Shown here one piece after another: positions 36,646 through 50,315 of a DNA stretch of 64,000 bases; position 1 is the stretch's first letter, and every line of letters starts with the position of its first letter. The stretch comes from Mobula birostris. Its lineage: Eukaryota. The notes beneath the pieces are model-generated. The model was not told the DNA's origin. It saw nothing but the letters and a program-made list of their open reading frames with translations, and did no database searches. A program made the translations under genes and the position numbers. The stretch covers positions 46,300,150 through 46,364,149 of the forward strand of contig NC_092379.1 in assembly GCF_030028105.1 (NCBI RefSeq), written 5' to 3'.

Positions 36646-36948
36646 AATTCGCATTGTTTCTCGGTGATCCCACCGTTGAATAAATGTGGATGAACAAAAC
36701 TGCCACACTGGTGTGCGAAGTGATCGCTACAACTCCAGCTGAGGTTTCCATCTCTTGGACAGTGGTTGGGAAGGAAAGAGCTGATGGCGTTCAAACAGAA
36801 CAAGCAGCAAAGATCGGGAGTCAGTACGTGACAGTCGGCCGTTTGACCAGCAGCGTGGCCGAGTGGGACAGCGGGGTAGAATACTCCTGCTCGGTGCAGG
36901 ACAGTCAATCAGCTGCTCCCCTATCAAAAAGGACACGAAACGCCAAAG
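36646..36948 (+). pseudogene. IgNAR: IgNAR C2 exon with in-frame TAA at 36681-36683
   Basis: EFALFLGDPTVE*MWMNKTATLVCEV...EWDSGVEYSCSVQDSQSAAPLSKRTRNAK; homologues read DPTVEEIW. Splice sites intact. Confidence 0.92.
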
Positions 36949-38666
36949 GTGGGTGCAATAACAACAATCGAAATGCAAAGCAGTGTAGATGCAGAAAGAG
37001 GAACAGAAACTGCTGGATGCCAGGCAGCAGTACTCAGAGGAAAATAGGCATGGTGGTGAACGAGTTGCCCTCTGCTAGAGTCAGGATGCATTATCTTATT
37101 CAAGGGAAGACAGGTTTTCTGACAAGTGGTACACCGATAGCGTTCCACCCAAGATTTCGTCGCATGATTTGTTGAAGTCATAGGACCCGACAGCATTGGA
37201 ACAGACCCTTTGGTCGACAGAAACCAAGCCCGCTTCAGCCCTCATTCAGCGAATTCCACTTTGATCTAGTTTATTGTTTCCTAGATTCAACAACTCTTAG
37301 AAGATTCTACTCTACATTAAGAGTAAATTATGGTAGTCGACGTGGCTAGTACTGGCATGCTGTTCGATATGGAAATTGAGAACCTGAAACAGAACGCGCA
37401 CGGCCACACGACAACCGTATAAACTCCAGTAGAGCAGATCAAGACCGAAATCAATGTTTCTGGATACTTGCAGCAGGCATTCGAATAGTTGTATCCTTGC
37501 ACTACCCCTCCAAAAAGTTGTAGTCATAAAATACTGCACAAAAATACAGTTGGCCCTCTGACCCCAATGTTCAAAACTATTTCACATCTACCTGAATCCA
37601 ATTTTCAGCAACAGAAAAAAAAATATTTCAGTGTCTTTCCTATTTCAGTGATCGACTAAATGTTTGCCAAATGCAGTGACTTAAGGTACTCTCTAAAGCT
37701 CCTTCCACTTAACTTAAGTACGTACTGTCTTTGGATTTCATAATCTACACATACGGATGCTTTTGTTTACTTAGCCTACCAGTGTCACTGATAATTCTGC
37801 GTGGTGTTATCGGGTCACTACTCAGATTCATTCACTTCAGAAAAAAAACAAGCTCAGCGATTCTAATTACTCCCCATAACTGACGTTCTCCAATCCAGCT
37901 AACATACAGTTGAATCTCTTATGCGCTCGTTCCAGCACAATGCCATTCACCTAACAACGAGGCGACTAGAGTGCAAACTCGAGGGCACCAGTGTTTAATA
38001 AAGTTGAAATAGACCATCCTAAATTTCATCTGCTAATCCTGACCTGTGAAAGCAAGTATGCCGTGTTCGTTTGTCAACACACCAACTACCGGCTCTGCCA
38101 CTTGTGGGGAACTATGGATTTAAACGCCAGTATCTCTCTGTTGATAAATGTTCCTTAATAATGATCTATTTTGTATTAATGGCATACCCCCTTCTTCAGT
38201 TCCCAAATTGCATCGACTACATTTGTACACTTGCTGCCGCAAAATCTAACATTGTATTTGATCAGTATTGCCGCAGCTTTTGACGCCCATCATCGCGATT
38301 CAAAACACCACCAAGTTTAGTCTTATGCATTACTCAGAAATGATATTTTCTATATGCACATACAAAACGTTATATCACAAACAAGAAAGCTCTTAGGACC
38401 GTGGTACGCCCCTCGTGATACACTTCCAAACAGAAAGTTATCATCACCATTACCCTTAGCGGCTCACTAACAATTAGACCGCTCAGCACGGATTCTTAAA
38501 CAGCTTGACCAGCGCATAGTTAGGAAAATTGTCAAATGCAAATGTGGGCACTGTTTCCTTCATCGCAGATACTACAATTCTTGCTGTGGATTTGCACCGT
38601 TTCGTTTCAACCACATTTCGGAAAGACAGTTTTTGGAGATTAACACGGGTTGACCTTCTCTTGCAG

Positions 38667-38984
38667 CCAAAGCACTGGAACCAACGGTACATCTCTTTCC
38701 CCCCTCTGCAGAGGAGATTCAAACTGCGGGTATCGCTACGCTCACATGCATGATAACGGGATTCTACCCCGATGACATAACCGTTTTGTGGCAGAAGGAC
38801 GGAGCCGCATTCTACTCTAACGCTACCAGCTTCCCCACTGCACTTCAACAGGATATGACCTTCAACACCAGAAGCCTCCTTTACTTGACTTTGGCCGATT
38901 GGAAGAAGGACGCAACATACTCCTGCGTCGTCACGCACCCACTTTCACAATCTACTGTGAAAGCAAACTTCAGCACCCGGAAAA
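38667..38984 (+). CDS. IgNAR: IgNAR C3 exon (intact)
   Basis: AKALEPTVHLFPPSAEEIQTAGIATLTCMITGFYPDDITVLWQKD...FPTALQQDMTFNTRSLL...YSCVVTHPLSQSTVKANFSTRK. Acceptor TTCTCTTGCAG, donor GTAAGC. Confidence 0.95.
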
Positions 38985-39479
38985 GTAAGCACAATTTGCC
39001 AAAAGGCTCACATCCATTCCGTTCTTTACATCCTAGTCAAGAGGTAAAAATACAACAGGAGGTCGGCAATGAGCAGATTGAAACGATCATTACTGTAGTA
39101 CTGTATTAGTAATCAGACGTCTCCGACGATCCGATACAATAACATATGTGAGCGTCAACTAAAATTAGAGTTATATAATCGGATTTCTGTTGAACATGCG
39201 GAGACAAACTGAACTATAGTGTTAAAATACCTCACCAATAGGATCTCAATAGGGTAAAGCTGGAAGAACGTGTATAAATATTAATTGATGAATGACACTA
39301 TAAACGGAGCTATTCTTGGCGTTTCTAATTACGTTCTAAGATCATACACCAATCGACCACACTTGTAAACAGACTTATTTAAGGTCAGGTGCAATATGAT
39401 CAATAGATAAGAATTAACATACTAATAACTCACAAATGATAGAGTGCTGATTTAGTGATGAGTCTCCGACACGACCGGC

Positions 39480-39730
39480 GTGAATAATTGGGTGAGAAAC
39501 GTTCTCAGTAAGAAGTTGTACATTCTCCCGTGGAGTACATGGGATTCCTCCTGGTACTCCGGTTTCCTTCCACAGTCTAAAGACGTACCGGGTGGTAGGT
39601 TTGTTGATCATTCTGAATTGTCCGGCGATTAGGCCAGGGTTATATCGGGGGTTGCTGGCGGTGCGGCCCGAATGGCCAGAAGGGCCTATTCTGCGTATAT
39701 CTCAAAATAAATAAGTAAATAAATAAATAA
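39480..39730 (+). mobile_element. tRNA-derived SINE (V-SINE-like)
   Basis: Core GGTACTCCGGTTTCCTTCCACAGTCTAAAGACGTACCGG...GGTAGGT; A-rich tail. Related inverted copies at about 40090-40380 and 43340-43510. Confidence 0.65.
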
Positions 39731-39731
39731 C

Positions 39732-39797
39732 TAGACAGACAGACAGACAGACAGACAGATAGATAGATAGATAGATAGGTAGATCGATAGATAGATA
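39732..39797. repeat. (CAGA)n(TAGA)n microsatellite
   Basis: Direct reading. Confidence 0.95.
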
Positions 39798-42700
39798 CAT
39801 CTTCGATGGAACAGGAAAATAGATATGCCTCTCGGTGTGAAGAGTGAATCCACATTTATGGCCAGTTTATTTTTATCTCGCATGGTGTTGATGATGCTCG
39901 GTCCTGATCTCACAACAACGCACAATGCAATACACGAATATCTACAAGGACTGTTCATTCCACGCTGTAGGGAGTTCAGACCATTGCCGTTTTTACGGAA
40001 AACTTGAATGTAGTCTACAGGAAGTTGTGTCAATCATTTGTCAATTAGATCCCATTATACAGTGAAATATGATTCATTTATTTAGCGATACAACGCGGAG
40101 TAGGCCATTCCGGCTGTTCGAGGCACGCCGCCCCAGCAGCTGCACAACCCCAATTAACCCTATCCTAATCACAAGACAATTTACAATGACTAATTAACCT
40201 ACCCGGTCGGTCTCTTGACTGTGTTAGGAAAGCGGAGCATGCGGGAAAACCAATGCATTCCACCGGGAGGACATACAGACTTCTTGAAGACTGGCACCGG
40301 CATTGAACTCCGAACTCCAGAACGCTCCGACCTGTAATAACGTCGCTCTACCTCTGCGCTACCTTGGCGTTGTGTTGTCGGTTGGCAATGGTTGGAGCCA
40401 TAAATTGCAGCAAAGAAAATGATGAAAATCATTGTGCAGGCACAATGACATCATCGTATTAGCTTCTCAGGGCAGGTTTTAAATACCCTTCAGCAACTTC
40501 ATGAATGTTAACTCCTGCCCATGATAAGGACAGATGGTTGTTTATGAATGTATATTGCTCAAATCTAATCACAAATCCTCATCAAATGAAGCTGTCAATG
40601 TATTATTGCGGGAAGATCTATGTGGCAAGTGAAAGTGAAATTTCTACGACACTAGTTCCAGACAATATTTAAAAGAAACTGTAACAACCTGCTCTTGATA
40701 TTCTATGCATTACGTAAAAGAACATGCAGACCACTATGAACCCGAACACTTTTCAGTCTCCGACTATTCATAGAATACGCTATCGTTCTATTTATTTCTC
40801 CTGAGTTGATATCCTCACGTTTTCCACCTTACCTTCAATCAGCTAAGTATTAGCAATTTATTTTCTTGTCCACATCCCTCCAAATTTTCCCGGAATCCTT
40901 CTCACAGATCATGATGCTGCCTAGCTTGTATTCCCAGAAAATAGACATTACAGTATTTCCAACAGTAATATCATTGAAATAGGTTAAGAGCAGCTGAGGC
41001 CCCAGCACCGGTCGCTGCTTTTACAACCATAAACCCTTATTTCATTCGCTTCTGGTACATGGTTGCTGTACGGTTTAACATGCACACAATCGACTGTTTT
41101 TTATTCACCTGAGCCACTCTGACAGTATTTCCCAAAAACAAGATGTTGCGATAGCCAGGGGCTTCAAATACACGGGTATTTTTTCTTCTTCAATGCACAC
41201 CACATCCTGACTTGGAAATGCCCTATAGTCCCTTCCCTTCAGGTTCGATGTGTTACATCCTGTAACTCAACTCACTACTCAACAGCAGTGTACATTCTGC
41301 TTCAACAGAAGCATTAAAACAGTTCAAGAAAGTAGCTCACTTTCTCGAGGCTAAGCATGAACGACAGATAAATCATGACAGTCAAAGCGCATAGGATCCA
41401 AAGCAAACTGGAAAATTGGATCAAACATTGGTTTGAACACAGTAGGTAAAACTTAGTGAAGGGTGATGCTTTTCAGATTAGACGTGTGTATACAGTGGTG
41501 CATCGCAATGTTCGCTGCTGGGATCATTGCTGACTGTGATATTTATTAATGTCTTGAATTTCAATGTAGAAGGTCTTATTAGTAAGTTTGCTGATGACAC
41601 GAGAATCGCTGGTGTCATAAATGGTGAAAAACTTTATCAATGGATCCAGCAGGATAAGTGGGAGAGCTGATCAGAACATTGTCAGAAGCAAGTTAGTCCT
41701 GTTACAAATGAAGTGATGCCTCTTGAAAAGTCAAATACTCCAAGATTAGAGCATGCACTGTACGTGATAGGAGACTACGAATTTTTGATGAACAGAGAGA
41801 CCCTGGTGTATAAGTCAATTGTTCCCTGTAGGTGCCATCACAAGAGGATAGTGCACTATGGAATGCATGTAGAAGCTTTCTTCACTGGACCAATAATATA
41901 TTAAAATAACTCGAACTTCATGTTCAGACTTTATGAACTAGTGGCTGGATCGCAATTGGAATATTTGTGCAGTTCTCATCACCATTCTATAACATTCACG
42001 TGATGGTGCTGAACAGAATGTAGAGGGCATTCCTCTTGACTGAATCGAAAAACTTCAGCTATCAGAGAAAAATGACAGGTTTGACTTGTTCTTCTGGATC
42101 TAAGGAGGACGAGGACACGCTTGAGAGAAGCATAATCACATGAATTATGATTAATATAGTTGGGGTGGATAGTTACAATTTTTGTAATGTTCCGTTGAAT
42201 GGAACTTGATGCACAAGCTAACGTGGAAATGAAAACACTTCCTGAGAAAGTGGAAGCACATTAACCAACAAAATATAAGAGTCATCTAGAAAATTACTTG
42301 ACTAGAAAAGGTGTCGAATGCTGTTCACGAATGCGAGTAATGTTGGATGAGCATAGGTAGGTCTCTCGGAGCGAAGTCGGCTGAAGGGCCCGTTTCTGTG
42401 CTCTGAACTCAATCTTTGTTTTCATACCTTTCCTTCCTTCATTTTCTGTTCTTATTGTCTGATCATAAAGACCACATTATTTCACACCGTCAGAAAAACT
42501 ACACTTATTGCACTCGTTGCTCTCCACCATCTGCTCTCGCGCCTGAAAAGTCAAGTTCTCCAGCTTCGTGTAGTTCACACTTTCATTTTCCACCAGAAAT
42601 GACCATTTCTATCAGTAATCCATCTGCGATTTCCTTCAAATTTTCTCTCTCCATTAGTACAGCCTAGCCTGCTGGGCACAATCCACGGCCCCGCTGTTGG

Positions 42701-44960
42701 CAACGCCTATGAGAAAGTGGCATATTCAGCTTTTAGCTGTCGCATTAACCAATTCGTCACCACCCTGTCCAGACGAGTGGTTTTGGACTCAAAACGTTAG
42801 CTTCTTCCCGTTATGCGCCGCTGTGCGTAGCCTGCTCAGCGCGTCCAACATTTCGTGACTAAAAACTGAATAATTTTCATTTGTACGTTTCCATAATGAG
42901 ATACTGTGCCATTATGCTTCATTGTTGTCATTATTTAAAACCTCTACTTCTACATTGCAATGCGGATTCCGTTCAGCGTAGCAGCCAGTAATGATGTTTC
43001 TGTGCGTCTTATCACCGACCCAACATTCCTTTCAATTGCACTCAAGGGAACGGGAACGCGTTTTCCCGTTCGCCGTAATGCTGGCATGTTTGGTATTTAG
43101 TCCTATTATTTTTGAAGGTGGGTTATTGCCTAAAACTCAGGACATCGTTCATGCAACTTAAATGTGCTGCTCCGCCTGTTCTAATCACGGAACAATTTAC
43201 AATGACTTATTTCCGTCTGGCATAGTTTGCATATTCTTGTTTGATTGTCTGTGGTTTTTGTATTGCTATACTTATGCTCTATTCTTGGCTGGTGCAGCTG
43301 TTACGAAACCCAATTTCCCTCGGGATCAATAAAGTATGTATATCTATCTATCTATCTATCTATAAATTGACCAAACAGAGTGTGGGTTAAAACCTGAGAC
43401 ACGAGGGAAACCCACGCGGTCAAGGTGGAGAACGTAAAATTTTCTTACAGGATTGCGGCAGAAATTGAACGCTGGTCGCTGGTAGTGTAAAGCGTTGTTT
43501 TGACCACAGCCGCCCTTGCTCTGTGAGAATTGTATATTGAAACATTCAGCAGAAGGCTCAGAAACGGAATACAACCAGATAAGTTAGTGACAATAAAAAA
43601 AAACAGGAAGATACAATATAGAAGAATGAGTGGACAAATCAAACCCCCGAACTGTCATTCATTGAGATCTTAGGTGATCTCATTATCGATTCATTTGGGC
43701 TTTCAAGTCTGCTTGGTGCAAATACGGGATCTCCAAAGTACACTATGATCTGTACTCTGTAACAAGTCCTCGAACCTTTTTTTCAGTCCACGATTGCTCT
43801 TTATTCAGAAAATGTATCTCTTAGCTGCAGATTATAAACACAAGATTCTGCTTATGATAGTATCCTGTGTAACACACAGTAAATGCTAGACAAATTCAGT
43901 AGGTCAGGCATTATTTATGGAGAGGAATATAGAGTCGATGTTCAGGACGGCAGTTATTTATTCCCGCCCATAGGTGTTGTCTAACCTGCTGAGTCCCTAC
44001 TTCATTTTGTGTGTGTTTCTCTTTGTTGTAGGTCACTCATTCGTGGAAACTTTGACAATGTTCATCTTTATCATGCACAATACAATTTTACTTGCTTCAA
44101 AACGTCAGCGTACATGATTCTGAACTCCATTATGTGTAATTGCAATCCTTTCAATTCTTGCTCGTGAGGCAAGTTACTCATTCCAATAAAGAAACTACTA
44201 AACGTTTGCCATATTTTCAGTGCAAAAAAAGTTGTCCTTCATTATGCAGACTAAAAATGTGGGCATTATTCAAAGACTGCCTTCGGGCGCACGTTATACT
44301 TTTCGACATCTATCTATTGTGTAATGAAGCCGAGTGCTCCATAACACACCTTGATTACTCGCAGCCTTGTTTTGCAATATTCCTCCTTTTACGTCCAGCG
44401 GTGCTGACCAACTGTACAACAGTTCAAAACCTGCCAAGGGAAAATTCATTCTTTGTGTTTAACGCAGATACTGGTTCTTGCTCACGAAAATAATATGTAA
44501 AGTTGTAAACAGTGAATTTTAGAGTGTTAGTTCGTTGAGGCGGGTTAAAGAAAATATGAACAGTCACAGACATTACACCACGCGGCACCAGGTGCAGATT
44601 AAGTAGCAAACGGTAAAATACACCAACTCCTTCACATTAGACATATGACGGATCAGATGTTGATTGCAAACATAGGGACTCAACGAGCCCATCGACCAAT
44701 CTTTTTTCCTGTAAAAATGTAGCCTCTAGCTGATAATAAATCCACGAATTTACAAGGAAAATATTAAAACATTTTATTTTGTTACTGTACTCTTTCGATC
44801 CATTCGGTCGGTTTGACAGTTTGCCTCTCTCGGATGTTCACCGGATTCTCTGTTCGTGTTCTCTCATTACAGGTAAAGTAGAGAATGCTGACGCAGACGC
44901 AGATTCAGCTTTCGTTTGCATGGACCCGAAGTCAAATGAAGACATCCAACTAATGGTGTC

Positions 44961-45080
44961 CGTCCTGATGAAGGTCTCCGGCCGTAAAGTCGATCGTTAT
45001 TCTGCTCCATAGATGCTGCCTGACCTGCTGAGCTCCTCCAGAATTTTGCATGTTGCTCTGAATTTTCAGTATCTGCAGAA
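44961..45080 (+). repeat. Penelope terminal-repeat copy with decayed hammerhead core
   Basis: CTGATGAAGGTCTCCGGCCGTAAAGTCGA...GATGCTGCCTGACCTGCTGAGCTCCTCCAG. Confidence 0.7.
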
Positions 45081-47169
45081 TCTCTTCTGTAGATGATAAC
45101 ATCAGACCGCTACATTTATAAAAGCTTTGATGCTGTGTGTGTGAATTTATAATTTTGTTTCTCTTTATCCTATCAGTTTGATTCTGATTTCTGCTATGTC
45201 AATAACTGGTGTTGGTTGGAATTTCACAGAAAAGTTGCAAAGCAATGAAATGCAAAGTGTATTCCTCTGAATAATGTAAAATAAACTGTGGTGAAATAAT
45301 TGTCCAGCAGTGAAAGATTGGAATCTACCATAAATGTGAAAGAATTAAATGCACCTTGCAATCAGGTATTCCAATTTCATACTTGAACAAATCTATCAGT
45401 TTAGTCTGACCTTATGAGCGGCGCCCTCTCCTACTATCCATATTCACTGACAAAAGACAACTTGGGAGTTGTTTCGAATCGACTCTTCGTATCTTCTCCA
45501 TTGTCTGCATTTCAAAATAATGTTTATACTCAAGGTTCTGCGCTAAGAAAAGGCTACTGAATCAAGCAAACTATAACTCTGTGTGTCCTGCAGTTTAATC
45601 AGTTACCTTCCTTTATAAAAGAAAAATCATGTTGGAGGGTGGGTGATTATAACTAGCAAACCATGTGAAAATATTATAAAGAAATTGCGCGAATAACAAA
45701 ACTTGAAGAAGATCTACTGGATCTTGGAAGTAATTGCATTGTTCCATTTAAGGTATTCTCTCAGACAGCAATTCTACAAAGGAATATACTGATTACTACT
45801 TCTGTTTATGCTTATTGATTATTTGCCACGAGAGTAGCTATTCCATACGATGCGTGTCTGCAGTTCCGAATAAATGACAACACTTTTCTGGCGCTAATAG
45901 ATGGGATGGTGCCCAATCACATAATGTATATTCAAGACCTCAAATAAAGCAAACAATTACCTGTCAATCAGTCTCCTTTAGTGCTCATCCACTTTCCCTT
46001 TCACCCACGGCATTCTGTCCTCTCCTATCAGATTTCCCCTTCCTCAGCCCTTTATCTCTTTCACCAATCAACTTCCCAGTTCTTTACTAGAAACCTTCCC
46101 CGTCCTGGTGTCTCCTATCACCAGCCATTTTGGACTTCTTCTTCCCCTCTTCTCAGCCTCTTATTCTAACTTTTCCCCTTCCTTTCCAGTCCTAATAAAT
46201 GGTCTTTGCCCGAAATATGGACTGTTTACTTTTGTCCATAGATGTTGCCTGGCCTGCTGAGTTCTGCCAGCATTTTGTGTGCGTTGCAACCAAATGAACA
46301 TGCTGTGCTCCAAAGTAGAACCAGCTTTACTTATTCCTACAGGAGTACCTATTATAATAATTATTATTATAATACTCTGACAAATTATTGTCAGAATGTC
46401 AACCAAGAGATTTCAGTATAATGCTAATTGACTGCTTTTTTAACCATTGATAATTCCGGTCTAAAATTCATATGCCTACAAATACTTTTTTTTAAATACT
46501 GTGTCTATTTCAATGCTACACTGACTATTGACAAAACCTAACCACAATGCTAATTAAATCCGCATGTTGAGTAAAGGAAATAAGGTAAAGATTCAACTCA
46601 GACAAGCAACGTCTTTTGAGGCAAAGGATCAATCAAATAATCTTCTGGAGATTTTGCCGTGTTACAAAAAAACGGAAATTATTAAACCAGTGTAATTAAT
46701 TTTAATTATGACTATTACAAATTAATTAAATATTCGACCTTAATCGTACGTTAATAATTTTAATCAAGTTGTTTGCTTATCGCTGTCGATTAAATGTAAT
46801 CAGTAACTTTCCAAACAGATGTTTTAAATATATCCAGAACATTTCAATAAATTTTAACCATATTTGCATTAAAGTGAACGAGTGGCACTTGCAAATTCCT
46901 GTTGCAATGCGCTTCGCAATATACTATTTGATATTTGGATACATTCATCAAAATGATTGTTTTTTCATTGAAACTATTATGAAATATTGTCGTATGAATG
47001 TCAGGGTTAAAATAATTTCTGTCACAAAATCATAACATGAGCGAATGAAGTGAAGTTTAAAAAGTTCGCAGAATGGTTCATTCGTTCAGTCACAACAGGA
47101 TGCGGTGGAATTTTAGTTACGAAACCTTGCTGGCTTTATGAGGGGGAAATCGCGCCTCACGAGCATGTT

Positions 47170-48200
47170 TGAAGGTTATGACAAAAATGATGAAGGTAGA
47201 GAAGTGCATGTGTTGTATATGGATTTTAGAAATGTATTTGACAAGATTCCTCGAGGCAGGCTTTTTTCCCGACAGACGTGAGACCTGGGAGCCATAGAAG
47301 CTTAGCTGCACGGAATAGATTTGGTTTTCCAGTAGAAGTCAGAGCGTGGTGGAGCATAGAGGGTATTCTTCCTGGAGGTTGGTGACGAGTGGTTCTCCGC
47401 AGGGATTGTTCTGTGACACCTACTTTTTGTGTTTTTTTTTTAATATAGATGAGGAAGTGGAAGGGTGAGTTAGTAAGTTTGCAAAGGAGATGGGTGTGGA
47501 GGAGGAACGGTGAGTTAGTTTGTTTGCAAAGGAGACGGGTGAGGAAGTGGCAGGGTGCGTTAGTAAGTTTGCAGATAACACAAACATTGGCGGTATTGTG
47601 ATTAGTGCAAAAGGATGTCGTAGGCAGCAACCAGATATAGGCAGAATGCAGGGCTGGGTGGAAAAATGGCAGATGGACGTTGCACTGAGGATTTTTTTTC
47701 AGGAGCTGTGAAGTAATGTTGGATCTCTATTAAACTCTGGTTACACCACATTTAATGCTTCCACGACTTTTCTATAATAAAGCAAGTTCAGTTCTGCTTA
47801 CTTCAGTATAGGAAAGATATGGAAGCTTTAGACAGGGTGCAGAGGAAATTTAACAGAATCCAGCCTGGATTGGAGAGCAGGCATGTGCGATACAGGGCTT
47901 TCCTCTTTGGAGCGAATGTGGAAGAGAGGCGTTTCCGGTTACGAAAAGCATAGAGAGCCCAATTTCTCAGTGAGGCAATGGCTAGTACTAGAGGAGCTGA
48001 GTAAAGATTTGGAGAGATGCCAGAGATTTTTTTAATGTTTCCTTTGAGAGTTATGGGTGCTTGGAAAGGTCTGCCTGCGATGGTGGTTAAGAGGAACATT
48101 TAGAGTCTCCGACATAGGCACATGCGGTGGATTATGGTTAAGTGGGTCATTGCTTAATCGGGGCAGCAGCTTATTTGGGACAATTATGAAGGAACAAAAG
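47170..48200 (+). mobile_element. Degraded CR1 LINE fragments
   Basis: VLYMDFRNVFDKIP, VSKFADNTNIGG and 3' ORF2/UTR remnants. Confidence 0.7.
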
Positions 48201-50315
48201 CTGTTGAAAACATCATCCGGGATTCCCTTCATTTATTTAGCACACTATCCAAGTTCACTGAGACACGAGATTGTTGTCAAAGTTTCCAACTAGGGTCAGT
48301 CGCGTTCACTTGTGTGGCGAACATTGTGCTTAGACAGAACAGTTTTTTTATTAGCGTCTGTTGTGTGTGTTTGTATCCATGAAGCAATGTTTTTTTTTTT
48401 TTGTCGCTGTTAGCTGGTTAGAAGTAAGCAGGAAAACAATTCGGAAATGCTTTGCTCGCTGCGTTTTCAAATATTCAGCCGTGGAGACGGCCGGGACTGA
48501 AAATGAAACAATTTGACTACTTCAACAATTAGAAAATACGAAGCATTTGAAGGTTTCGACAATTATCTTGAATGTTTCGACTGCATTGTATTAAGGCAGT
48601 CCATTATCTACACAACGTGCCTGCGCTGATGTGTTCACAGTCAATCAAAAGAACAGGACAGCATACAGTGTGGATTAATTCCTACCATTATAATTCCTAC
48701 GAACTAAAATTTTATAGTACTGTAGTAGTATTATTAGTGCTCTAATTTGCTATGCATTTCATTTGAATAATTTGTTACTTATTTAAACCGTAGTTTGTCT
48801 TTTTTTATATGTTTTAAAATATTTCCATGAAACTTCCCCTAATTGGGGCAGCCACCCAATTGGGCCAAACTGTACTGGTCCCGATGTGTCCTAATTAAGC
48901 GGAATCTACTGTCCACTGGAGTAAATGGAGGTTTCTGGGATCGATCGTGCAGTAGATTGATATAGATCGGCACAGCACTTGGGCCAAGAACTGCTCAGTT
49001 CTGTGTCCATGTTCTACGTTCAGTGTCCTACTCAGAATCAGAATCAATTTATACTGAAACTCATTTGGAGATATTTACACAAGCTGGAGCAATGGGGTAG
49101 TTTTTTTTTTAAAGATAGTGGCCATGTTAAGAAAGCACTACGTTCACTGAAGGAATTGGACGGCCTCGACATTTAAAAGATAATTGTAACATGACAAAGT
49201 ATGGGGATGATCAGTGGGAGATGATCGGGGAACTGAGCGTGGTTTGGAGATTGACAGAGTCAGAGTTCACAGAGATCGGAAGGATAAGATCGGAAAGAAA
49301 GTTGAGAAGAGAGACAAGAATTTTAAAACTGTCTGACTGGGTTTCAAGGATAGGACGAGTGATGTGGTAAATATTCTGGACTGGGTCAGATAAGCTAAAG
49401 GGGGATGCGCGGCGGAAATTGGTGTTTTCGCGGTTGTAGAAGGCAGATGAAGGAACATAAAGGTAATGTTTGTTTTTCAACAGTGCCGCCATCAGGCACA
49501 AACCCATGGTTCGTTCTTTCAAGGTCGTGCTTGGTGACAATGTGGGAAGCAATGTTATAGGTCCATGCTAACCAGTGAGTACATGTCCGTATTAATCCCA
49601 TCTTCCAGCACTCGGCTCAAAGCCCCAGAGATCATTCCTGTGCTCCTCCAGATACATTTTAAATGCTGTTAACGACTCTGATTCACCGCTCCCTTTGGTC
49701 ACTGTATTCTAGGCAATCGACATTCCCTTAGAGATAAAATCAATCTAGATCCCTTGCAATCCTTTCACCCTTTTACTTCCTTTACCTTAAAAGTGTGTTT
49801 TTACTTTTATATGCCTCCTATAAAGAGACAATTTAACCATTAGCCAATGTCAACAACCCCGTTACCACCACAACCCCCCCCCCCCACACACACACACACA
49901 CACACAACCACTATAAGCAAACAAATCATAGTCGGGGACTTCATTCAAATTTTTTGATGACAGTGATGCCCAATCAGAAGCCCTGTATAAACGATGAGAT
50001 TCGCAATCTGCTGAGGGGCAGATCAGTGGCATTCAGGTCTAGCGACCAAGCAAAATACAAAAGGTTCAGATACAATCTCCTGAAAGCCATTTCACGGCAA
50101 AACGTGACAATTTCGGACCAAACTTGAACCACAGAAGGATGCTCGACCAATGTGACAAGTACTTAATGTCATTTCCTCTTACAAAGAGAAAACACGGCGA
50201 CATTTGTGATAACAATGCTGTCAGGACTCTGAAGCAGTGATTCAATCGCAGACTCCGTGCTGTGCACACAGTACTGTTAATTGAGTAACAAATCCCTAGG
50301 TGCAAACAAAATCGG

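Noticed and set aside
42225-42244. EICE-like GGAAATGAAA next to an ETS site
   Set aside because: Lies within a decayed CR1 3' region and is probably a product of drift.
46440-46541. DN-x9-ILFF...Y frame with Ig-TM-like spacing
   Set aside because: Lacks the WTTASTF motif, has a Lys in the putative membrane span, and ILFF comes from a T run.
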